Shown here in pieces: positions 10,387 through 20,100 of a DNA stretch of 64,000 nt (position 1 is its first letter; each line of letters begins with the position of its first letter). Both the position numbers and the translations under genes were made by a program. Source of the stretch: Candidatus Aenigmatarchaeota archaeon. Its GTDB lineage: Archaea; Aenigmatarchaeota; Aenigmatarchaeia; CG10238-14; SCSR01. The notes under the pieces were generated by a model. The model searched no databases. It worked only from the letters and a program-made list of their open reading frames with translations, and was not told the origin of the DNA. The stretch covers positions 68,821-132,820 of the forward strand of contig JACPJT010000007.1 of NCBI GenBank assembly GCA_016187415.1. The letters run 5' to 3'.

Positions 10387-11520
10387 TATCGGTACGCCGA
10401 AGAGATTGAACAAAATAACCGCAAGCAGAATAATGCTCGTCATGTTAATTATCAAATTTCCCCTGTTTCCAAACAGTTTGTTGAAAATTTCTCCAAAAAA
10501 CAGTCCGCCATCGAAAGGTTTGACGGGCAAGAGATTGACGATGCCCACACCCAGACTGATCATGTACAGCCAGTTAAGGAATGTTAGGACTGTGAAGAAA
10601 ACATTCAAGAACGTTGACGACACATCGCCACCAACGCCGAGTATCTTATATTCGTAAGAGTTTCTCACACCTATTCCAAGGTATGTGTCATTTTTAATTC
10701 TAGGATTCTCTCCAAGCGTAAGGTTGTAACTGCCTTTATCCGTTGTAATTTCCATCTGCTGCCCCACTCTAGTGCCATTCAACGCATTAACAAATTCCAT
10801 CGTATTGTGAATCGTAATACCATTGATTTCATGTATAGTCCCTTCCAGGCCTACCTTGGATGCCGGAGAATTCGTATCTACAGAATCTATAACAGTTCCA
10901 GATGCCTTTGCAATTGAGCTGAAAGCAAACACGCTAGAAACCAAAAGTGCAATGGCAATTATAGCTACTATAAAGTTCGCAAGACTTCCCGCGGCGAATA
11001 TTCTCAGTTTTTTCATCAACGCCAGTTTTTTAATTCCTTTGTCATCGGGATCCACAAAAGCGCCGATCGGTAGGAAGAGCAATAACAGTATACCATAGTT
11101 CTTCAGGCGAACCTTCTCCAGTCTTATAAAAACCGCGTGCATTGTTTCATGCGTGGATGCTATGATGAATATCGCAATTATCCAATACCAGAAAGGAACA
11201 GACAAAACAGGTCCGGGTATCTGATAACCTCCGGCCGTAGGCAGCACCAGCCGTATATCGGCCTGCAGTTTCACAGTAAGAACAATAAGCAGAACAACTC
11301 CGGCTACCCCTGCCAATACCCCGATTACAACCCCAATATTTCCAAGAGTTTTTATAAATCTGGGGTGGCTTTTAACCAATCTATCAATCAGGTGCATTCC
11401 TTTTGTCCATCTTCGAATTATTATGCCATAATTGAAACTGAGGTTCTTTCTATCTTTCAGCAGAAAAACTCCCACAAAAAGTACAAATATTATCAGAGAC
11501 AGTATCTCAAAGTTTACCAT
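10366..11520 (-). CDS. Site-2 (M50) membrane metalloprotease with PDZ domain
   Basis: HETMH, GAFVDP, NLLPVKPFDGG. Confidence 0.92.
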   Translation of the reverse strand: MVNFEILSLIIFVLFVGVFLLKDRKNLSFNYGIIIRRWTKGMHLIDRLVKSHPRFIKTLGNIGVVIGVLAGVAGVVLLIVLTVKLQADIRLVLPTAGGYQIPGPVLSVPFWYWIIAIFIIASTHETMHAVFIRLEKVRLKNYGILLLLFLPIGAFVDPDDKGIKKLALMKKLRIFAAGSLANFIVAIIAIALLVSSVFAFSSIAKASGTVIDSVDTNSPASKVGLEGTIHEINGITIHNTMEFVNALNGTRVGQQMEITTDKGSYNLTLGENPRIKNDTYLGIGVRNSYEYKILGVGGDVSSTFLNVFFTVLTFLNWLYMISLGVGIVNLLPVKPFDGGLFFGEIFNKLFGNRGNLIINMTSIILLAVILFNLFGVPILRSLVG

Positions 11521-11559
11521 AACATCATTATTCTGTTTCAGTCTTTTTTAACTTTAGAA

Positions 11560-11645
11560 TGCAGGGGGTGGGATTTGAACCCACGTATGCACTAAGCAAT
11601 CGACCCCTGAAGCCGATGGAATTGACCAGGCTATCCGACCCCTGC
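11560..11645 (-). tRNA. tRNA-Leu(CAG)
   Basis: GCAGGGG/CCCCTGC acceptor, TCGGC-TTCAGGG-GTCGA anticodon arm, long variable arm, GTTCAAATC. Confidence 0.92.
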
Positions 11646-12482
11646 TTTAACATCCAAACAAATCTTGTAACTTCTTGTAGCAAAAGGCAATACCTTTATC
11701 TTGTTCTCAATTTCGATTTTTTTCTTATTATTCTTTGCAACAGATTTTACTATATTTTCAGCGTCCTTGAAAATGTCATCGCCTTTGCCCGTGAAATAGA
11801 AATGTATCATTCCACTGTCTTTCAAAAGTTGGAACGCACAGTCTAAAAAGTTATCGCCGCTGACAGCTATGGGCATTACAATCCTGTCAAATTTCATTTT
11901 CAGACTACTGGAAACTTCCTTCACGTCACCATTTATCAGAACAATTTTGTGCGACAGCCTGTTTATCCTGACATTTTCCTGCGCATACTTGTGAGCATCC
12001 GGATTGATTTCGATTGCATAGACCTTGTTTACCATAGGCTGTTTCTTGCAAATTGCTATGGCATACGGGCACACTCCGGAAAACATTACCAAAACATTTT
12101 CTCCAGGTTTCACCAGTGACGCAATTCTTTGCCTTTCGGTGGCTTCTCTCGGGGAAAAAAACACTTTGCTGGGATCCAACTTTAGCATATAGCCGTGCTC
12201 CTTATGGAGAACTTCCGTATTTTTTTCTCCGGCAATCAGTTCCAATTGTTCTAACCTATATGTCCCCTTCCTTCCAGACAGCTTGTTCAATACTGATTTG
12301 ACATGTTTGTTCACTTGCATCAAAGCTTCCGCAATTATTTTCTTTTTATTGTCAAGTTCCTTTGGGATTTCTATGACTATGGCAGCCTTCTCTTCGGAAC
12401 CGATTATGTCATAGCTTCTGGGCACTAACTCAAGCTCTTCAGCTGTCAGTTCTCCTTGGAGCATCTTTGCTATCGGTCTCAT
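11631..12482 (-). CDS. Trm5/Taw2 (Met-10+ family) tRNA SAM-dependent transferase
   Basis: YDIIG, FSPREATER, MFSGVCPY, EINPDA, DRIVM. Confidence 0.85.
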   Translation of the reverse strand: MRPIAKMLQGELTAEELELVPRSYDIIGSEEKAAIVIEIPKELDNKKKIIAEALMQVNKHVKSVLNKLSGRKGTYRLEQLELIAGEKNTEVLHKEHGYMLKLDPSKVFFSPREATERQRIASLVKPGENVLVMFSGVCPYAIAICKKQPMVNKVYAIEINPDAHKYAQENVRINRLSHKIVLINGDVKEVSSSLKMKFDRIVMPIAVSGDNFLDCAFQLLKDSGMIHFYFTGKGDDIFKDAENIVKSVAKNNKKKIEIENKIKVLPFATRSYKICLDVKAGVG

Positions 12483-12847
12483 GGAAAAATCATGTTAATT
12501 AAGCTTAAAACCAGTTCCCCTATGTATTTTGATACATTATTTAGAACACCGGCAGTATAGAAAATAGCAATGCCAAGAAACTGAAACTTGAACGGATCAC
12601 TTGGAAAGAACATCTTATTCACCGTGTAATATATCAGTGTCACCAGAATTATTATCATGGCGGCTCGCCACACCCATCCGCCAATGAACGCCACCAGAGA
12701 ATTTTTGGAGTATAGTGACATAATCAGCCCGACTATACAAACAGTAAAATAAAGCGCTAATTCTATACCGAAAATATAAAACGAAATGGCCACTCCTGCC
12801 AACCCCAGCAGGATGAAGATGAAATATTGCATAGTTCCGGTTTGCAT
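12479..12847 (-). CDS. Hypothetical membrane protein
   Basis: Four hydrophobic segments; ATGA overlap with the next gene. Confidence 0.65.
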   Translation of the reverse strand: MQTGTMQYFIFILLGLAGVAISFYIFGIELALYFTVCIVGLIMSLYSKNSLVAFIGGWVWRAAMIIILVTLIYYTVNKMFFPSDPFKFQFLGIAIFYTAGVLNNVSKYIGELVLSLINMIFP

Positions 12848-12876
12848 ATTTTATTATACACCTTCAAATTATTTCT

Positions 12877-13617
12877 ATGCTTGCATTAATAGGTTTGGGG
12901 TTGTTTGACGAGAACGACCTGACATTGCGCGGTATAGACGAAGCGAGAAATTCCGACAAAGTCTACATAGAACTTTACACCAGCAAATGGCACGGTAATA
13001 TCCGGAACTTGGAGAAGATTATCGGCAAAAATATAGTCGAGTTAAAGAGAAAGGACATGGAAGAAAATTCAGGCAAAATTCTTGACGAAGCAAGAAAACA
13101 AAGGATTTCAATTTTTGTCGAAGGCGATCCGCTGATGGCCACTACACATTCTTCATTGCTTGTTGATGCGAGAAAACATAAAATAGAAACCAAAGTGATT
13201 CACAATGCATCTATAGTTTCTGTTATAGGTGAAACGGGTCTGCACATGTACAAATTCGGGCCGGTAGTCACAATACCGTTTCCAGAAAAAACAAAAGGTC
13301 ACCTGCCAGAATCGACTTTCTCAATAATAAATGACAATAAAAAAAGGAACTTGCACACATTATGCTTGCTGGACGTCAAAGCCGAAGAAGGAGAATACAT
13401 GACTGTCAATGAGGGGTTGAAAATACTTCTTGCCGGTAAAGTTGTGGGACAGAACGATAAGATAGTAGTGTTCGCTAAAGCGGGTAGTGACAAACCGTTA
13501 TTGGTGCACAATTCAGTGAAAACTTTGCTAAAGCAAAATATAAGCGATATACCTGTAGTGATTATAATTCTGGGAAAGCTCCATTTTACAGAAAATGATT
13601 ATTTAAAATCTATATAG
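12877..13617 (+). CDS. dph5: Diphthine synthase
   Basis: IGLGL, ELYTS, GDPLMATTH, YKFG, LHTLCLLD. Confidence 0.95.
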   Translation: MLALIGLGLFDENDLTLRGIDEARNSDKVYIELYTSKWHGNIRNLEKIIGKNIVELKRKDMEENSGKILDEARKQRISIFVEGDPLMATTHSSLLVDARKHKIETKVIHNASIVSVIGETGLHMYKFGPVVTIPFPEKTKGHLPESTFSIINDNKKRNLHTLCLLDVKAEEGEYMTVNEGLKILLAGKVVGQNDKIVVFAKAGSDKPLLVHNSVKTLLKQNISDIPVVIIILGKLHFTENDYLKSI

Positions 13618-13639
13618 ACGATTTAATTATCAGCTTTAT

Positions 13640-14308
13640 TCAACGACGAGGAGTAGCTTGTCCTTGGGTGGTTCCTTCATCCCCTCTTCCATCACCTCGT
13701 GAGGCGAGGAAAATTAACAATGCTGTCCCGCCAATCAAAATTATCATTGTCAATGCACCAGAGTTTATTGGCCCGCCTGTACCAAAGAGCTGATTTGCAC
13801 TTATTTGAATTCCTGGAAATATTGATGTCCCCCCGCTCGCCAGGAACACACCCACTGCAAGAAGAGCTGAAATACCTAAAATCCAACCCGCATTTTCAGC
13901 TGAAATAAGTGGTTGACCCTCTGTTCCTATGATTCCCGCGTTCTTGAACATGACTACAAGTATTATGACCACCATGAAAGTCAAAATTATCGTCAATGTG
14001 CCTCCTATAAATCTTGTAAGGAATTCGCTGAACAGTATTCCAACAGGAGTCTGCACAAGGATGAAACCAGCAATGCCGGCGGCGACTAGAACATTCAGAG
14101 CCTTCTGTTCACCAAAAATCTTTGTCTTGTCCAACAATGCATAAAATATGCCGAAAGCTATTATGAACGGAAGATAAAATTGAAACACGCCGATATCTTT
14201 AAGCGAGTTTATTGCGTCTTGAAAACCCTGAGCAAAAACCACACCTGAAAGCATCAGAATGCTAGCTACAAATCCGAAAATGAAATTCGTTAATATCTTG
14301 TTTGTCAT
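13640..14308 (-). CDS. Pilus-locus membrane protein, paralog 1
   Basis: Shared motif G.F.F.LPF......Y..L.K...FG....N...A. Confidence 0.75.
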   Translation of the reverse strand: MTNKILTNFIFGFVASILMLSGVVFAQGFQDAINSLKDIGVFQFYLPFIIAFGIFYALLDKTKIFGEQKALNVLVAAGIAGFILVQTPVGILFSEFLTRFIGGTLTIILTFMVVIILVVMFKNAGIIGTEGQPLISAENAGWILGISALLAVGVFLASGGTSIFPGIQISANQLFGTGGPINSGALTMIILIGGTALLIFLASRGDGRGDEGTTQGQATPRR

Positions 14309-14315
14309 TTAATGC

Positions 14316-14861
14316 TCACTTTCCATTTTTCCCTGTCGCAAGCACAATCAGTGCTACAGTCCCGCCCAATAATATAATTACACCGACAGATATTAATATA
14401 TCCGACGGGATTTGTATCCCTCTCGGGAAGAAAATACCTCCCAGTCCGCTTGTAATCATGATTATTATACCGGCGATTAAGCCAATCGCAGCCAATCCAC
14501 CCGCAAGTGCAGGACCTTTCAGTTTTTCACTCAGGTTTTTAGGCAAATCGGGCTGAAATACCATGCCGACAAGCATCATCGCTATCATGCCGACTAAAAA
14601 CACGCTAAGCCCCTGCACAAAGAATGTAGCCAATGGGGTTTCTATATTAATGCCGAGAATGACAGGCGCCGCCCACACAAACAAGCTGAATACAAGTGAT
14701 ATGATGGCGTTTACAGTAACGTTCTTTTCTGGTTCGCCAAATAGTTGCGACTTTCTCAGTATGCCATAAGTTATCGCCGAAGTCAGCATGAACGGCAGAA
14801 GGAAGCTGAAAAATCCAAGCGCCTGCATTTTCAATATTGCAATTTCAAAAAATGTCGCCAT
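14316..14861 (-). CDS. Pilus-locus membrane protein, paralog 2
   Basis: GFFSFLLPFMLTSAITYGILRKSQLFG...VNAIISL. Confidence 0.75.
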   Translation of the reverse strand: MATFFEIAILKMQALGFFSFLLPFMLTSAITYGILRKSQLFGEPEKNVTVNAIISLVFSLFVWAAPVILGINIETPLATFFVQGLSVFLVGMIAMMLVGMVFQPDLPKNLSEKLKGPALAGGLAAIGLIAGIIIMITSGLGGIFFPRGIQIPSDILISVGVIILLGGTVALIVLATGKNGK

Positions 14862-15398
14862 TTATTTAATCTCCTTTGCCGCCGACATTGTCACTATCAA
14901 AAGAACAATGAAAAAGACAACAAACATTATTGTTACCACCAAAAGGTCCCCTGGCGCCTTGCTCGTGCTCAGCAGTGATCTAATTGGGTTTATGAGAAAT
15001 TCGGCCAGACCAACCGCGGCTGCGAATCCTAGGACAACCCACACGAGCCAACTTGCAGGCCCTTCCTTGAAAATGTCAGTCAGTTTTTCGCCCAGAGTAG
15101 GATAGAACAATCCGGATATAAGGAAACCGAATACAAGTGCTAAGATTATTATGACACCCTGTGTCAGGAATGATGTCAATGGAACTGTAAGACTTGTGCC
15201 CAAAATTACAGGAGAGCCAAAGACGAACAAACCTACAGCTATCGAAATTATTGCATGAAGCGCGACAGAATCGCCCAACAGTTGCGTCTTCCTGAGAACC
15301 GCATAAAGCACGGTTGAAAGCAAAATAAATGGCAATAGAAAATTATAGAATCCTATGCCGAGCAGTCTTTCAACGACAATCTGAAAAATATTAGCCAT
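14862..15398 (-). CDS. Pilus-locus membrane protein, paralog 3
   Basis: GFYNFLLPFILLSTVLYAVLRKTQLLG...LHAIISI. Confidence 0.75.
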   Translation of the reverse strand: MANIFQIVVERLLGIGFYNFLLPFILLSTVLYAVLRKTQLLGDSVALHAIISIAVGLFVFGSPVILGTSLTVPLTSFLTQGVIIILALVFGFLISGLFYPTLGEKLTDIFKEGPASWLVWVVLGFAAAVGLAEFLINPIRSLLSTSKAPGDLLVVTIMFVVFFIVLLIVTMSAAKEIK

Positions 15399-15430
15399 CT
15401 TATCTTTCACTTATTTGTTAAAATAAAAAT

Positions 15431-16078
15431 TTAAGCTTCCCTCTTAAGCCTTTGAACCAAGTCGGTCAACCCTCTTACAGATTCTATCAATGCGGGAAGG
15501 GTTTCCTTGAACGCCTTTTCCAAGCCGCTTATCCTTGTCTCAATGTCGCCCATGCTTTCCTTGAACGTCTCCATCTTGCTCAATATCTGCGTCTGCTCGG
15601 CATTTCTCAAATTCATTATTTCGCTTATCCTGTCGCTGACTTCCTGTACCCTTCTTCCGATTTCCTGTGCCCTTGCGCCGAACTCCGTGACCTCCTGGTT
15701 TATTTCACCCATTCTCGCTTGGACGACATAATCAACATATTCTTCTGTGGGGTAGCTTTGGTAGTTCTGGTAGTATTCCTGCGGCAGCGATGTTTCAGGC
15801 AGCTGGGTAGACCTTTCATGTTCCTTTGGCGTGATATCTTCCAGCGTAGGCAAGCTCGGTTCGTTTTTTTGCGATTGCTTGGGTTGCTCTGTCGTGGCAG
15901 CAAATTTCAAAGCTTCCGTAAGAGCGCCGTCAATCTCTTCAGGCGCATACCCCTCCTTTCTGAGGACATCTATAACTTCAACTTCCGAGAAACCTCGCCC
16001 AGTCAATTCCCTTACCCTTTCAATCGGTATGGAGCCTTTGCCTTTCTGCATGGGGTTGTTAAAAAACGGTAAAGCCAT
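15431..16078 (-). CDS. Soluble protein: small helical N-domain, P/Q linker, coiled coil
   Basis: GFSEVEVIDVLRKEGY N-domain; heptad-rich C-terminal half. Confidence 0.75.
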   Translation of the reverse strand: MALPFFNNPMQKGKGSIPIERVRELTGRGFSEVEVIDVLRKEGYAPEEIDGALTEALKFAATTEQPKQSQKNEPSLPTLEDITPKEHERSTQLPETSLPQEYYQNYQSYPTEEYVDYVVQARMGEINQEVTEFGARAQEIGRRVQEVSDRISEIMNLRNAEQTQILSKMETFKESMGDIETRISGLEKAFKETLPALIESVRGLTDLVQRLKREA

Positions 16079-16191
16079 TATTCCACTATAACTAGTTTCG
16101 TTTTAAGTAACATAAATTTAAGCTTTTTCTCGATATATCGACAACAATACATTCTCTGGCTATAAATCCACAAACAACTATTCACAATGAT

Positions 16192-17019
16192 ATGATAGTC
16201 AAGAACAGAGATAGAGGACAATATACGTTTGCCAACATCAACCTTTTGGGTAGGTGCAATGCCGACTGTTATTTCTGTTTGGGAAAGGATATTGAAGACG
16301 AATTAAGAGACAAAAATCAATTAAATGTCCATTTTAGTGAATGGAAAAATTTCAGAAACTTCCTCAATAGATGTATGGATGAAGGAGCATCAAAATTGTA
16401 TTTAACAGGGCAGACTGCAGACGGACTTCAATATAGATATTTGAGCGAATTAGTAGATGCTTTACAAGCAGATAATTTTTCCGTTGGTGTAAGAACAAAC
16501 GGCTATTTGGCATTAAGAAAGATGAAGACCATACAAAGAATGAGAGGCGAAATTGGTTATTCTATTCATACGCTGGATCCCCAAACAAACAAATTCATAA
16601 TGGGCAGGTCAGATATACCAAAATGGGATGAAATCATCCCCCAGAGCGGACACAATGTTAGAGTTTCTATAGTTTTGAACAGATATAACATCGGTCAATT
16701 TTATGATTTGTGTGGGTACATCGCTCAATTTCCTAATGTAAGGTATATTCAGGTAAGAAGAATATCAACTGATACTCGTGAAAGTCTATTGATGGAAGAC
16801 ATAAAATTATATGAGGAATTCTTTAGAGATTTCGAAAAAACGCATAGGCAGATAGGTGACTTTCATCGTGCACAACAATTCAAATTATTTGGTAAAGAAG
16901 TTGTTTTTTGGAGGACGGTTGAAACCTCAGTAAATTCTCTTAACTATTTTACGGATGGAACTTGTAGCGACGAATATTTTATAGTTGAAGGGTATCTAAA
17001 AAATAGAATACCAAACTAA
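16192..17019 (+). CDS. Radical SAM protein, unknown substrate
   Basis: CNADCYFC (CxxxCxxC), LTG, RTNG; AT-rich, opposite strand to neighbours. Confidence 0.85.
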   Translation: MIVKNRDRGQYTFANINLLGRCNADCYFCLGKDIEDELRDKNQLNVHFSEWKNFRNFLNRCMDEGASKLYLTGQTADGLQYRYLSELVDALQADNFSVGVRTNGYLALRKMKTIQRMRGEIGYSIHTLDPQTNKFIMGRSDIPKWDEIIPQSGHNVRVSIVLNRYNIGQFYDLCGYIAQFPNVRYIQVRRISTDTRESLLMEDIKLYEEFFRDFEKTHRQIGDFHRAQQFKLFGKEVVFWRTVETSVNSLNYFTDGTCSDEYFIVEGYLKNRIPN

Positions 17020-17068
17020 GTTCACATTTGCTATGTTCTATGGACTGTTTTGAAAAAGCTGGGAAAAC

Positions 17069-17488
17069 CTAAACCCTTTTAATTTTTGCTGTCTTGTCTT
17101 CTATCATTTTTTCTACTTCGTCCTTGGTTGCAAATTTCGCGGTGATCGGGTTTATCAAATCTATGAATGTCTCCATCTCTTTAAATTCCCGTTTGGTGGC
17201 GGTCTTTGACAGTTCCTTGCCCAGTCTCAATATCTCCCCTTCAATACTCACCAATTTTTCCGACAGCGATACTATCCTATCGCTTATTTTTTCCAGTGAA
17301 AGTTTCAAATCATTCAGCTGCGTTAAAGTATTGTCTTCCAAGGCATCTACAGAATTTTCCACACGATCTACACGCTGTTCAATAATCCTTATCCGCCTTG
17401 TATTTTCGTTTAGCCTTTTCACAAGTTCGGTTATCAGTTCTTCCACGTTTCCGCCGTGTCTTTCAAATGGTAGTGTAGGCAATGCCAT
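17069..17488 (-). CDS. Coiled-coil protein
   Basis: Continuous heptads; divergent from the ATPase. Confidence 0.75.
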   Translation of the reverse strand: MALPTLPFERHGGNVEELITELVKRLNENTRRIRIIEQRVDRVENSVDALEDNTLTQLNDLKLSLEKISDRIVSLSEKLVSIEGEILRLGKELSKTATKREFKEMETFIDLINPITAKFATKDEVEKMIEDKTAKIKRV

Positions 17489-17532
17489 TATAAAAGATTT
17501 GTTTAATCATGCAGATATAATAATTAGATAGA

Positions 17533-19770
17533 ATGGCTGTAGAGTACGAGGTTGTCAACGGCGCTTTGAGGATAAATTGTATGAACTGGGCAATACCGCC
17601 TAGCATAGAGGATTCGGACGCGACGATGGCTGTTGTAATAGACAAATTGCTCGAAGCCCGCGATGCGACCAGAGTGGTTTTGATTGAGGCCAGGGAAAAT
17701 GAATACGACGAAGACCAGACAAGAATGTTGCGCGAAATTGCGGACGCATATAACAGGATCATAAACGTCGACAAGATTCTCAGTTTGAAAAATCTTGGTC
17801 CGCCGCAATGCGAGAAACTTTACTCAAAGAGGCTGTCGGACCTGCAGTTTCTAGTTTTCGAAGTTCTCAGGAAAGACCCGATCGGGGCGTATCTAAGAAT
17901 AGTCAAGATGCTGAATGCAAACAATGTGTTGGAGAAGACGGCGCCGTTGGAACAGCGGGTGTGCTTCACCGACTATATCGACAATGCACTGGTGCCTATC
18001 AAACAAATTCTTGAAGGATGCACACTGATTCAGAAGACAATGCCGATTCTGCAAAATTATCAGGTTGGGAGCAGGGACATTTACCGTGAGCTGTTTTCGC
18101 CCGCAGTAAAGCCGAATTTCATGCTGACGAGATTCATGTTAAGCATTCCCAAAGGCGCAAGATTAATAGAGAAATATTCGATTTCAGGCGCCGATGTCGA
18201 AATTTATAAATTGCAAAACAAGGTCAGATACTTCTATCACATAATACCGCGTGAATTCATTCTTAGCGACGAAAAGTATTCCATTCTGGATTCGGCAAGG
18301 AGATATCTTGCAGCGCACAGGCCGACAGAAGCGGAGTCGGTAGAACCAGAAAAATCAAGGGAACTTTTCAAAACATTGGGACGGGATCTCGTGCGGGATA
18401 TAGCGAAAAGCACGGGAGTCGATCTGACATCGGCAGAGATAGAAGAGCTTGCGACAATCTTGGCGAGGTATACTGCAGGTTACGGCGTGCTCGAATTGCT
18501 TTTGTCAGACGAGAAAATCCAGGACATTTTTGTAAATTCACCGATAGGCTTGACGCCGATTTTCATCAACCATTCGGATTTTGAAGAGTGTGAAACAAAT
18601 CTCATGCCTACAAGCGAAGACGCGGATTCATGGGCGACGCGATTCAGGCTTAATTCAGGGAGGCCGCTGGACGAGTCCAATCCGGTGCTTGATACAGAAT
18701 TGACGGTTCCCAATGGCAGGGCAAGGGTAGCTGCGATAACAAGATCACTGTCGCCGGAAGGGTTGGCATTCGCTTTCAGGCGGCACAGGGACAAGCCGTG
18801 GACCATGCCGCTATTCATCAAGAATAAAATGTTCGATCCATTATATTCCGGACTGATGAGTTTCATCATAGACGGTGGCAGGGCGCTTCTTGTTGCCGGC
18901 GGAAGAGGTTCAGGAAAAACATCTGTACTGGCATCTTTGATGTTGGAAATAATGCCGAGATTCAGGGTCATCAGCGTGGAAGATACTCTTGAGTTGCCAC
19001 TTACATCATTGCGGCAGTTGGGATACAATGTAGAAAGAATGAAATCGCGGTCCGTAATAACAAGAGTTGAGACCGAATTGCCAGCGGACGAGGCGTTGAG
19101 AACAGCTTTGAGATTGGGAGATTCAGTTCTGATTATCGGCGAGGTCCGTTCTGTCGAATCGCTGGCGTTGTTCGAGGCGATGAGAATCGGTGCCATGGCA
19201 AATGTAGTTGCTGGCACCATACATGGCGAATCCGCTTACGGTGTGTATGACAGGGTCGTGCATGATCTTGGCGTGCCGCCGACAAGCTTCAAGGCATTGG
19301 ACTTGATCACTGTGTGCAATCAGTTGAAATCCCCGGACGGGTTGCACAGATTCAGGCGCGTCACGGAATTGACGGAAGTGAGAAAGCACTGGAAGGACGA
19401 TCCTTCTGAGGAAGGCGGTTTTGTCAATCTCATGGAATATTCCGCGAAGGAGGACAGGCTCAAGCCGACGGACACTCTGGTTGACGGCGAGACGCATGTG
19501 CTGAACGAGATTTCAAATAGGGTCAGGGAATGGAAAGGGCAGTGGGATGCTGTCTGGGACAACATTTTATTACGGGCAAAGATAAAAGAGACTATGGTGG
19601 ATTTTGCGAGCAGGCTGAACAAGAGCAGTATTCTGGAAGCCGATCATATCGTTATTTCCAATGCGATGTTCCATCTTATATCGGAGCAGGTGAGGCAGGA
19701 GGTAGGATCCATGGACTCGAAGATGATTTATGACAAATGGTTGGACTGGTACAAGAAGAGGGTCGGATAG
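17533..19770 (+). CDS. Type II/IV secretion (TadA/FlaI/VirB11-like) ATPase with long N-terminal extension
   Basis: GGRGSGKTS Walker A, VEDTLEL, IIGEVR Walker B, GTIHGE. Confidence 0.93.
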   Translation: MAVEYEVVNGALRINCMNWAIPPSIEDSDATMAVVIDKLLEARDATRVVLIEARENEYDEDQTRMLREIADAYNRIINVDKILSLKNLGPPQCEKLYSKRLSDLQFLVFEVLRKDPIGAYLRIVKMLNANNVLEKTAPLEQRVCFTDYIDNALVPIKQILEGCTLIQKTMPILQNYQVGSRDIYRELFSPAVKPNFMLTRFMLSIPKGARLIEKYSISGADVEIYKLQNKVRYFYHIIPREFILSDEKYSILDSARRYLAAHRPTEAESVEPEKSRELFKTLGRDLVRDIAKSTGVDLTSAEIEELATILARYTAGYGVLELLLSDEKIQDIFVNSPIGLTPIFINHSDFEECETNLMPTSEDADSWATRFRLNSGRPLDESNPVLDTELTVPNGRARVAAITRSLSPEGLAFAFRRHRDKPWTMPLFIKNKMFDPLYSGLMSFIIDGGRALLVAGGRGSGKTSVLASLMLEIMPRFRVISVEDTLELPLTSLRQLGYNVERMKSRSVITRVETELPADEALRTALRLGDSVLIIGEVRSVESLALFEAMRIGAMANVVAGTIHGESAYGVYDRVVHDLGVPPTSFKALDLITVCNQLKSPDGLHRFRRVTELTEVRKHWKDDPSEEGGFVNLMEYSAKEDRLKPTDTLVDGETHVLNEISNRVREWKGQWDAVWDNILLRAKIKETMVDFASRLNKSSILEADHIVISNAMFHLISEQVRQEVGSMDSKMIYDKWLDWYKKRVG

Positions 19771-20064
19771 ATGAGAGCTGTGGCCGTTCCGTACATCATA
19801 GCCATCGTTCTCGGCATTATCGTCATCGCCATAGTCGGATATCTGCTGTTCATGTCTTCCAACAATAGCATTTGCGCGGGAAAAGATGCCGAATGCCGCG
19901 GAAGAATTCTGGAGTGGTGCACAACAAAAACCGAATCTGCTAAACAGAAAATAAACGAAATATGCAGCTCATGCATCAAGGGTTTTGATTTTAAGGCAAA
20001 CGTATGCATCTTTTGCAAAACTGTTATACCAGGCTGGAATGACCAGGCTAATTGCGGTAAATGA
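19771..20064 (+). CDS. Pilin-like protein (class III signal peptide), Cys-rich head
   Basis: MRA|VAVPYIIAIVLGIIV. Confidence 0.75.
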   Translation: MRAVAVPYIIAIVLGIIVIAIVGYLLFMSSNNSICAGKDAECRGRILEWCTTKTESAKQKINEICSSCIKGFDFKANVCIFCKTVIPGWNDQANCGK

Positions 20065-20100
20065 TTCAAGTTTAATTCTTCCCAAACCAAATTTTAAATA

